Shown here: one piece after another, positions 34,701-46,335 of the stretch
Layout: every line of letters begins with the position of its first letter
Numbering within the stretch: the first letter of the stretch is position 1
Source of the DNA: Leptogorgia sarmentosa
Lineage: Eukaryota
Length of the DNA stretch: 64,000 bases
Assembly (NCBI GenBank): GCA_964658305.1
Contig: OZ210885.1
Coordinates: 3,534,001 to 3,598,000 of the forward strand
Reading direction: 5' to 3'
The notes under the pieces: generated by a model
Seen by the model: the letters and a program-made list of their open reading frames with translations, nothing else
Database searches by the model: none
Told to the model about the DNA's origin: nothing
Translations under genes and position numbers: made by a program

Positions 34701-37700
34701 TAACTTGATGATGAACTTCTCAACTTCTTACGTAACGTTTCCTTCTTTCGTATCATATACAGTATATGTCCGGATATCCATGGTGGTGAGCTCTTACCTT
34801 TTATCCTTCTCATAGGAATAAAGTTACGTACTGCGGCTATATACCTTTCTTTCCAATCTAACCAGGCTCCATTCACATCAGGATTGCTTTCCACGATGTT
34901 GGAAAAGTCAGTATTCTGCAAATTCAAGCGCAAACCGTCGAAATCGCCTTTCTGGTAGTCATAGATGAGTCTATTCAACTTAACTGGTGCTTTCACGTTC
35001 GCTTTCACATGGAAGATGAGACAATTGTGATCCGTGATTACTCCGCTTTCTTCTGGTAGCAGAATGGCGTCAACTTGAACTTTCTCTGGTACACTAGTGA
35101 TGACTAGGTCCAAGATGTTGTTTGCTCTTGTTGGTTGATGGTTAACTTGCGACAGAAAATAGTCATTCAAGAGTTCAGTGAATTGTATCTCGTCGACACC
35201 AGTAGTTTGATCTGGAAAGTCCCAAATAATTTTAGGTAGATTAAAGTCTCCATAAATGAGAATATCGTCATATCGCGCCGACAGGTTAGCGAGGTACGAA
35301 TCAAATTGTTGAAACCAATCTCTGTTGGAGTTTGATGGTCTATAGCAACAGCAAATGCACAGTTTAGTTCTTGATGACGTGGTGAGTTCCACGGAAATTA
35401 ATTCAAGTTCGTACTTTGCATCGACTATTTCATGTACTGAAGTAAACGAACCCGATTTCACCGCCAAAAGCACTCCGCCCGCACGACTTCCTCTATCCTT
35501 CCTGTAAACCTCGTATTCAGTTGGTAGTAATTCAGCGCTCTCAATGTCTTTATGTAGCCAGGTTTCTGTTACGAAAGCAAGGTCAGCATTTTCGGTGTAG
35601 ATCAGATCCTGAAAGCGGGATAGATTATTAACTTGCTGCCCGTTTACTGAGTGAGAACTCTTCAAGCTTCGAGCGTTAATTGCAAGACAGTTTAACGAAG
35701 AACTCGCACGATGTTGTTGTGCTGTTGTTTCACTTCTTGATTGAATAGGTTGTTCAGTTGCAGGGGAACGTTCAGGGGTATATACTGGACCAGGATTGAG
35801 TTCCACATCATTTGCCAATAAAATCAATATGAAGGGCAAGGTGGACCTCTGCAACAATACGAATCCGCGTACAAAGCGATGTACAGATAGCAGAGTTACA
35901 TGTTTCTTAACTCGACGAGCTCGAAAAAAACACGGCGGACCAGAAACTTTTGTTGTCGCGTAGAACAGATTTAGCCTACTTTCTTCCAAATTTTGGATTC
36001 CGCGTGAAACCAGCCACAGAAAAACAATACCGTAGCTCCATTTGAAGAAATTCATTGCTAATTGGTTTGAGAAATGATCTAATTTTGTTCTAATTATAAT
36101 AGCGCACGCTTAAATTGATTGGCGTGTTCGTTTGCACTCGTGATCAACCGTCTCTAGCTTGCGCGAGCGGAAAACCAACGGGAAAAGTCAAATTCAGCCC
36201 CCAAACGAACGAAAATCCACCAATTTCTTTACCAATGTTCAAGATAACTGATTAAATACCAGTAATTTCCAAGCACCAAAACCTTATCAAACGTTTCGTG
36301 GTATACTTTGTTGATAAATCCAACAAACAGTAGAAAAGAATCCGCAATTTCGCAGAGCAGGGCGGCGCACAGCCGCACGCGCTGCACGTCACGTCACGTC
36401 ACGTCAATATTACTAATTACATTACCAAATTTGGAATGTTGCTGAGAACTTGCAAAGCCAAGTTGTGATGTTGGCGAATTCAGTACTGAAGTTCTCAAAT
36501 CTCAACTCAAGTACTGAACTAGAGCTATATCTTCCTTGAGCTTGCAGCTGCAACCAGTTGCAGCTAATTGAGCTTAGATAAAAGAGAAATGTTTCTTCGA
36601 GCAAAAACATCCGCTAGTGCAAAACCGCCTTTAGTCACATTTCAGTAGTTTAGTTCGCTACGGGGCCGGTTGTCCGAAGCCCGTTTCGGTTTAACCTAAA
36701 CGGCAGATAAGCTGAAAAATAAAAACAAGTCTATTATAATTAATTCATTGCACAACAAAACTGAAAGTGTTCAACATGAACAGAACAACTATGACTATAC
36801 CACTACGTATTTAGTGCACAAAATTTAAATTTTACGTTTCATACGTTTACAAGAATTGTGAGGGTGTTATTAAATTTTGGCTTATCCACCGTTTAGGCTA
36901 AACGGGCTTCGTACAACCGGCCCCAGTACTTCGCAACCTCGGTACTTTAGTCGGGAACTTCAGTACTCAACTCACCAACATGCAATGGCTTAGTAATTTC
37001 TCACGCAACATTCCAAATTTGGTAATGTAATTGGGAATATTCAAAACAAACTTGTTTGAAAAGTGTCCTGAAATCGAGTGAAAAATTCAAAACTTCATAC
37101 TCGTTGTTTTTATCTAATCTTCAAAAACAATTAAAGAACTCTAGTCTATTGGAGATTTAGTTTGTTGATCTTCTTCTATTCAACGAAATCTTTATTTTCC
37201 TCGTCGTCGTCAGTATGGCGTCAGCGAGTAAAAATGATACAGGTCGCCATAGCAATATGACCCAAACGCGTCCAAAGTATTTTTCATATTGACTTTTTCA
37301 CGTCATTTTGCGGATATATGAATGCCAAAAATTCATATTTGATTAGCCATTGATTTGAGTTGATATGAAAATTAATTGTTTGTATTTAGCCAACCAGAAA
37401 CCAGGAATTTTAAAGGAATAATAGTGCTCTTTTGCATTTTGTCTAAGAAATATTTGCAAAATGGAATTTGAAATTGCGAAATCTAATTAAAGTTACCAGT
37501 GCAAAATGTTAATTATTAGGTGACTGTGTCAAATCGCTCTTCACGCTTGGCTTATCTCTTTCTTAGGGCGAATTTTTTAATTTTTTAAATGCAGCCCATA
37601 TGTAGTCTAATATCAACTCTGTTTTTTAGGTTCAGTGACAGCCTATAACGCTGAAATGGAAGATGTTAACTGCTCTTCAATACAACATATGATGGTAAAG

Positions 37701-40700
37701 AGTGCTGATTACGGAGATTTTAATGAGAATGGTACATTTAATCACAAGCCAAACATTGATACACAATGTAGCAAGCTTACCACTTGCCAAGTGAAATCTC
37801 GTTGTAGTGGAGAGATATCGTGTAAACTGGTAATCGACAGTAATTTGCTGTCATCGCAATATTGTTCTGATACTTCAAAACAAATATATATCAAGTACAC
37901 TTGTGTGGATATCTACAACTCCTCCGCTATAACTGCAGGTAAAATTTATTGAAATGTTGTTGTATATTATTTTTTCTCTTTTAAATTCCTTTTTCTGGAC
38001 TCTTGATTGTTGCTGAATCAAAGTTAATGATCTAAATTCTTTGCCTTGGAGCTCATTTACATTAGATTCGGCACATGAAAAGTTCGACGTCTGAACTATA
38101 CGATCTTGGCCAATAATGCATAGAACGGGAGGCCGAACCGACTATTTCCAGTTTTAAATATGACTAAATATGATGTTTTACCTCAAGGGATTCTAATAAT
38201 TATACGCACGACAAATGAATCATTGTTCGATAATTTAAGGGCAAGATTGCAGGCCTGAGGATCGTTATCGCAGGCTCATGAGACCAGCAATTGAAAATCC
38301 GAATAGACATGGGATACAGCGACAACTATCTTTACTTTCGATGTGCAGTGTCCTCAAAGCATGCAATGACTTCAAAACTACATGTTTGCATTATGAAGTA
38401 TATAAAGATAGAAAGAATTTTATATGATTTATTAAGGAAATCACATTAACAAGAACTAGTATCAATAATATGTGCAAGGTGACCGAGCCAAAGCAATTAA
38501 AGTTCTCTCTTCAAGAACGAGCACTTTGCCCACGACGTTTTTTGAATGCGAAGTATTTCATAATCATAATAAGCGATGAAACGCAAATCCCAGCAGCAAA
38601 TTTTTTAAGAAAATACATTTTTCTTTGCTTTTGGTTAAAATGTGTTCAGAAAGTTAAAATAAGTACTGCCCAACTGTTTCTTGGAAAACAGCTCTATCGA
38701 ACGATAACAAAGCATATGAATTATTTAGGATGTTCATGATTTGATAATATTGTTAATGTTTCAGCTTCCAATATTAGATTGTCAAACCGAAACGAAGGGT
38801 ATATTGAAATAAAAAATGGTTCAATATGGAAGAAAGTTGCTGAAGAAAACTGGGATGAAAACCGTCAAAAAATGCTGTGTCAGTATTTAGGATTTGAAGA
38901 GATTGATGGCAATAATATTGAAACTACACAGTTAGGGAGTGGACAAAAGATTGCAACTGGGGACCTGATATGTTATAACACACAATCAAACATAGCATCC
39001 TGTTGTGTCCATCTTAATCCTTTAACAACCAATACAAGTACTACGATTCCAGATGTGAGATGTAAGTACGCGGCTCTGCGTGTAGCAACTGAGAGGATGT
39101 TTGCTAAACGTTTCGGAAAAGTCCGGATTTGCCCCCCCCCCCTGCCGAATAGCTCCCCCGTCGCCACTGAGCTGTGTAACAAAAAATCTGAAAAACTGTT
39201 ATCCACCCATCAGTTCTATATACAGAGCAGCCATATTACTCTAAATTAATGTTGGTGCTGCATTAATACAATTCTGCTATACTGGAATGAATTTCTAAGC
39301 ATGTGAACAAGGCCGAAAAATGCATCAAACATTTAACTCACTGCGATGATTGTGTTTTTGTTCAAAGTAAGCACCTACCTAAATGAATGACGTAACTTCA
39401 ACCTACGAATGTGCCTGAATCAATGTTTTGAAAATGTACATAATTCAGTCTGAGATATTCAGTTTCCTACAACAATAAGTAATATTGTATTCCTGCACCG
39501 ATGAATTTAATTTAGTTTTTCAATTTTCGTCGCAGGCAAAATATGTAAGAACCCACTACTGCAAGATGAAAATACTTTTCCAGACTCTGTGTTTTCCGGC
39601 AGTGGTGATCCAAGTGAGAACTACAAAGATGCGAGAATCACTAAAAGTGGCTGGTGTCCATTGGGGTCCGGCGGCACATACCTCTTGCTCGATCTTCAGA
39701 AAGAATATCACATAACTCAAGTTGTGGTTATGGCTGATGAAGAACAAACAAAATGGAGCGGCTCATATTCCTTGAAATATAGTCACGACACTTCTTATGA
39801 AAACAGCGCAAAGGTACAGTTATTCTAGTAATGAAGTATGTGCTTTCCTGAAAATGAATGGTACAAAAGAGTTGGTAGAGAATACTTGATGAAACAAGAC
39901 CTTGCTAACGTATCTAGGATTGACAAACTCCTACCCTTGTAATATAAAATAGAAACGTGATTTACCTAATTCCGGCAATCTTCAGTGCATGGTATACAAT
40001 AGCGTATAATTAAATAACTATAAAGCGTCGAAAAAGAGAGGAGATTTTAAAGACAGTAATAAATAAACAACGGTGTACATATTTTTTAACGTAGCTGTTT
40101 GGGATCACGAGTTCTTCCTAATTTTTAGGAATTTGGAAACCAAAACGTCTACCAAGCATCAAGAATAAGCCTTGATATTTATAATGTCAGACACATGAAA
40201 ATAGAGTCCACTGGAAACAGAAGCTTTTGTCTACGTATAGAACTTTGTGGAGAGGGTAAGAAATTGAGGAGCAGTGAAGAACATACACACGAATGCGCCG
40301 AACTCGGCAGCTCGACAAAAAACATGATATTTAGTCGAATGCAAAAGTTATTGTAATATCAAACAAAGTTTGGTAGTAATTAGCATGGTAAATCGTATTA
40401 CTCAATGATACGAATGTATTCAAGATGTTTACCGACTTAAATTAGAGCGGTTTCTGCCCCCCTTTAATTTCTTTCAGGACCATCCTAACAAATGGTCTAC
40501 AACTGTGTAGATGTAATGTGGGGGGGGGGGGGGGGAGGTTGTGAGAAGATCCAATGATGTGGAGGTATAGAATATTTATTATGATTTATTCTGAAATCTC
40601 ACCCGGAAAATGCAGTCTAAATTTCAACATTTTCAGGTGTAGCAAGCACTCCCCCGGGAGCCCCCTACAGTACCTCGCAACTCGCCCCGGACAAAAATGA

Positions 40701-42791
40701 CCTTGCCTACGCCCCTGGTTAAAACTGTAAATCGTTTGATCATCCATACTTTGTTTTTAGTTCAAATGCCAGCTCAAGTATCCAATATCACAGTTTCACC
40801 ATCGAAATTCTCTGCAACCGTAATGTGGGAAATATCTACATCTACTCAGCAGTCCAGCTATATAACAGAGATCATCATATACCTCAACGGCCAAGTACAC
40901 AAGAACGTATCTCGAGGGACTCAAGTAACTATAGAGGGACTTTTACCGAACACTTCGTATTCTGTGGGAATTCAAACTCAGGATGGTTCATCACTAAAGA
41001 GTCAAATAGTTACCAAACTTTTCACGACTAGGGGAATGGGTATGTAAAGGTTTGGGGAAGCATGCTTCTATAATAAATACCTTGTTCGTACTTAATTTCG
41101 CGTGACTTTAATTTCACGATTGGAAAAAAAATCGCAAATTAAAGTCGCGTGAATAAAAATCCCCCACAACACAAATTTACACACGCGAAATTGAATACCC
41201 TCGTATTTAAACAATTTAATAATGTTTTTATAAATACGATCAATCACATCATTGATGAAGGTTGAAATAGCGAACGTAGTTATCGGTACCGAAGAACTCG
41301 CTAGATGACCAATTTCTGAAATCTTCTAATGAGTTTCTAATCAAAAAATGACTGATCAGTTTCATGAACTAGAAAAAACATTATGGGCTGCTTCAAATTA
41401 TATAGACAGTACACAATTTGTTGTGATTCTGCCTTTCTTGAAAAGTTGTTTAAGTTTTTAATTGTTCGTCAGAAGCTAATTTAAATCTCCAGAGGCGCAA
41501 TAACCCGAGATTAACAACAAAAGAGTGATTCTATAGAGGTCACTTTTTTGGGGACACCCTGTATAGTAGGCTCATCATAGTATTCATGCAATGGCAGATA
41601 CGTGAAATGTACAAAATAATTACATATAAATATCCTCGTCTTCATTGTAGTCTCTTATTCTGTTCATGAAATCAAAATACCGTTGACAAAATGTTGGGAT
41701 GAACATGCAATATTCTGAATTCTTGTATTATATAGACGGTCAAGATACGAAGCAATGCACTTGCACGGGTTGTGATAAAATCCAAATAGATCTCCTCATT
41801 CCTCTGGTTATTTTTATTCTTTGTTTTCTGCTGTCACTTGGTGTAAACATATATCAACGTCGTCTCATTCAAAATTATAAAAAGCTATCTGGCCGCGACT
41901 ACGAGGTACCAGAAAAGGCAAAAGCAGAGCAAACGATTAAATCTAGTATGTATACTTTTTCTTTCAGTTAAGTTATTCTATTAACGTTAAATGAAATTTG
42001 TCAGCAGTATACTGTAGTACATGAAAACGCCAATCTTAAAATATAACTTGCTTCTTGATCTACAACCTATATATCTTGTTTAAACTCGTTGCAACACATT
42101 TTTATTTTGTTATTCAGGCTTTGCCATGGTTATAGAAGTAATGTTAATCAGAGATAATGCATAAAAATGCCACCGGTTCTAAACTCGACCTCAAACGAAA
42201 AGGCCTTTTGGGGCCTGCCCGTTCCAGAATCCTTCGGTTTATGAACACTTGTTTGCCCAAAAAGCACAGAAAGAGTCATGTTTCAGCTATATAATACACT
42301 TCTCAAATCATAATTCTCATTGACCGCGGAAGATCGATATTCATATATTCGGGTCCACAGACCTTGATTTCAAAACAACCCACAACAATTGATTTCAAAA
42401 GGAATAAGGAATGCAAAACACGAATATTTAAATATTAGCCCCCCCCCCTCCCAATTATCAGTGATCAAAATGCAAGAGATGCATCAACACCTTTCTTAAT
42501 TCCATTCCAGTTCTTGAAGGTAACAACAAAACTGTGAAAGCCGTCAAAGCTGCTACCGGCAGTGATTTGAACAAGAATGATGGATATGAATCACCTGACT
42601 GCTTTGCTAAAGGGAACAAGCAAAATGAAACTGAATCTCAACAAGAACTATCTGCTGCAGAAGAATCCTCGACCTACATGTCTTTGAAAAACCGCAGAGA
42701 TCCTGGGAACGTTTATCAATCGCTACAACACCCCAATATTCAGACCGTGGAATATGAAAATCCCACATTTACATCCAAAGGGCAAATGTAG
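31788..42791 (+). CDS. Receptor paralogue 3: short form lacking FN3-2 and the furin/WSxWS domain, with a LINE in intron A-B
   Basis: Exons 31788-32201, 37630-37938, 38765-39061, 39536-39813, 40129-40255, 40761-41039, 41736-41945, 42511-42791. Exon F (phase-1 end) joins TM exon K (phase-1 start) in frame. Confidence 0.8.
32723..34467 (-). pseudogene. LINE ORF2 3' part: reverse transcriptase with a Cys-rich C-terminus
   Basis: RT motifs are spread over three frames (34090-34467; ~34005-34110 ISKVLERC...QHGFIPGRSC; 32723-34005). Confidence 0.9.
34379..36055 (-). pseudogene. LINE ORF2 5' part: N-terminal peptide, 2A-like motif and APE endonuclease
   Basis: 558-aa ORF with LLANDVELNPGP followed by exonuclease-endonuclease-phosphatase motifs. 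Confidence 0.88.
36407..37076. mobile_element. Foldback element containing a nested Harbinger-like MITE (36662-36924)
   Basis: IR AATTACATTACCAAATTTGGAATGTTGC (~36415) / GCAACATTCCAAATTTGGTAATGTAATT (~37005-37032). Inner TIRs GGGGCCGGTTGT...ACAACCGGCCCC. Confidence 0.65.
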
Positions 42792-45700
42792 ATTCAACCA
42801 AAGCCTTTCGTCTAAGATCGTTTTGTAGTGACTGGAAATTTTGCTGCGTGTAGAGTGGCCAGAGTGCATTTTCCTCGGATATACGTAAGAGGGTTTATAA
42901 CCACACATCTTTATATATATTTTAACAAGGGCCTCAGCTAGAGTGTTAATTGAGGGGGGGGGGGGCGCCTATGCATATATTCCTCTTCTGCCCAACGGAT
43001 TTTTATCAAATTTGTTGTTTTTAAATAAAAGAAATCCGTCGGGGAGAACATGACTACACTACCGCCCCGATTGTGACTATTTTAACGATTTGCAAAAATG
43101 CATGAATAAGCCTATAGCATGCATTTAATACCATTTTACTCCATATTATAATTAACTTAACGCATTTAGTACTTTTTAGCTACTACATAATCATGATAAC
43201 ACATTAGTGTGAAACCGAAAAAGTTACAAATAGTGTAGGTATTTTGGTACTGCATGTACATGCATATCTATGTTGGATATTTGTATTGGTGTATTTCAAA
43301 AACAGTTATATCGTATTTCTTCATATTAACGTTATTAAACTAAATGTAGTTCTTAGAAAATACCATGGAAATGATCCAACAGCATAGATACATCTCTTGA
43401 CAAATCATGAATAGGTAGTTTGTGTTGAAAAATAAATTTCCCTTATTCATTTATACTACCTGATTTTGAAAATACAAATGACATTTCAGAATATATGCAC
43501 TAATTATTAACAATTAAATTATCCCCGCGAGGCAAGCTGTTCGGTCGGCTATTCACACCAGGGTAAAGGAAAGCATAGCGGAGTCTGAAGCATTGAACAA
43601 AAAAATAACTAGAACGATAAGTCAGGGGGAAATTGAAGCCGTGCTTGAAGATGTTTTTGTATGGAGACCCAGTCTTTTTCTAATATCATTTTATAATATT
43701 CATTTAGACAAAACTAAGACGTCAAACCTCAGGAATTATTTAACCCTATGTAAAATACATCAGTATGCGAAGCTTCGTGAAGATTGGAGGCATAAAAGTC
43801 GAAAGAAATGGGTTTGATTTTATTGTTGACAAAAACACTCATTACCAGAATCTTAAGCGTCGCGCCCGCTGTCATGTGTCAGTGGCAACAATCATGAATT
43901 TTAATTATTCAATGAGCAGGCGATGAAGCGAGTCAGAATAACTGTATAGCACAAGACGTATAGCATATTTACCACAGAGAAAAGTGAGGCAAATTTATAA
44001 TATTCTTTTTTGCTAACCTAAGTTCACCTTTTCGTTTTAACGCTTCGTTTTTGTTCATTTGATCACGTTTGTAGCCTAATCGCGTGCGATTATGTAGGAA
44101 GTATTACAAATATCAAATGTAAGGAGCATGAAATGCGATGATCGTAGAAGTAATGTCAATTTTATTCATTTTGAGCTAACTTTTTTTCCGTACTTTCCTT
44201 TCATGCTTAATATGCTTAACCAAAATTCACATTTTTAATTTTTGGTGTAAAAAAACTAAAAAAATTGCATTAACCAGTATACTCATATGCCTTCCAATAA
44301 ATAATAAATGATTCACGACTTTGAATTGAAGGCCTGGGGAGAGCGCGTCATTTTAGAAATGGTTAAGATTTCTGGTGATGATTTATTCGGAGTACTCGAA
44401 TTGCCCACGAGAAGTGCGAAGTCAAAAATACCAACATTTGAAAGAGTCGATTTATTCCCGTTTTAAAAGAGTTATAGCGGCAATGAACTGGTTAAAAGGA
44501 AAGTTTCATTATTTTTGTTGGTTGAAGCTAGAGCAAACATTTGTCATTTTTTTGAAATATAAAACAAAAAATCCTCACTATTTGCGGCAGGTGGACGTAA
44601 AGCAGTTGGAAGTAAACAGGTAACCTAGTGTGTGTCCAAAACATTGATGTTTTTCTACTAAAAACCGTGTACTTCTTGCCAATTCTTGCTCAAAAACAAA
44701 CTTGTGAGAGAAAATCCTCACTCGAAACTTCGAACTCTCCTCAGTCCTTTTGTATATTAATTTTACTGCGCGCCGGGTTCAGCCAATCATAGGACCAAAT
44801 CATAGCAGTTATCGTCCCAAATGTTTCAGACAGAAGATCCATATTGAAATTCTAAATAAAGCTAATGGTCAAGAACATGTTTTTTAATACTTATATTATT
44901 CGAATTTACCGCAAATTATCTCAAATCCCCCCAAACTTCGCCCTCAATAATTCCTTATATGTTCGATCTCATTCAATAATTGTTGATAATTAGTGCATAT
45001 ATTTTTCATTTCGTTGATCATTGAGAAATATTGTAATGCGGAAGTATATGCTCTTACTCCTTCAGTATTCAAAATCAACGAAAAGATGTCGTGGCTTTTT
45101 CATCGATGGCTTTCTTATTTTAGCATATCCTTGCTGGTGTTTGAAGGTAATGTGTGATACGGTTGTAGTCAGTACAGCAACAGTAACTAGGTACTGACAA
45201 TAGTTTTTACCCCAATTGCCCACCAATATCGATCATAGAATGTTTAAGGCTTTAAGCTACGCTTTCAAGTGTCAAACGTGAAACAGTAAAGACAAACGGA
45301 CAAAGTTTCAACCGTAAGCAGTAGAATGTTAATGGACTTGTTGTTAAATTATTCTTTTGACATGAGAAAGAAAATTGTTAAACCAATATTCTGCGGCAAG
45401 AGTTAGACCTTCCGTTCGCCGTTCACCGAAGCATAAACTCTCTGATAATATGAGTCTAAAAATTAAAATATATGTTGTATTTGGCTTACAAATGTTTTGC
45501 TTATACGATAAATTACACTAAACCCTATCGTTATTATTAGTACCTTGATAAATATATATATTTTAATAGCGGTATATTAACGTATAAAAACGAAATTAAA
45601 CGAACACGAGTTATATAAATATCGTTTCGTATATAATATATTGAGATTGCTCACACCAGACGCAGGTGGTACACACCGAGACGCCAACACATCCACAGAG

Positions 45701-46335
45701 AGTCATGGGCAGAGTGCACATGCGCAGAGAGACATGGGCGCAGAGAGTCACGAGCTTTGCTCTCGCGTCCGTTGCCGCGAGTTTTGCTCTCGCTCCAAAT
45801 TATAGATATGGCTATAATATGCCTATTTATAGCAATGTTGAAAAACAATATGATGCATTCACAAGTATAATAACAATCGTGTTTAAGCGTGCATTGACAT
45901 GCACATTGACAGAGTGCATTATAGCTATATTAGGTATTGAATTCAAGCCAAGATATCTTTGAAAAGGGCACTGACGCCATCGATTTTCTGCCCTTGGGAG
46001 TTCATAAGAGCTTCGTAAATTCTGAAGAAGAATATTTCATCAATAATTCATGCACTCGTGGGTTCAACTTCGTGCTATGGGCATTGAAATTCTAACAATG
46101 GATTATTTTAATAAATGTCTGTGATTTTTTTGTATACCATGTATGTGAGAAATTGAAGGCATTCTGTGCAGCTAAATATATTCAAGTCTTGGGGAGGAAG
46201 CAATATCAATGTGTCGCGGGATCAGAACTTGTTTAGACTGATATATATATATATCCGCGTGGAAATTTTTTTTACTGATACTTTGTGTTGTTATCAGTGT
46301 CATTGCAGTTTCAATTTTCATCTTTCTCTATTCAG

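Larger units (their letters stand above)
32434..36406 (-). mobile_element. Non-LTR retrotransposon (CR1/L2-group LINE), near full length, frameshifted
   Basis: APE endonuclease (INARSL, VTETWL, GGVLLAVK, YRP, GDFNLP, PTRANNILDLV, TDH) at 36055-34379. RT (NYRPISL, DMSKAFDKV, SGVPQGSILGP, FADD) continues to 32723. Frameshifts near 34385, 34110 and 34005. (TAAA)n 3' tail at 32434-32460 and (TGACG)n at the 5' end. Confidence 0.92.
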
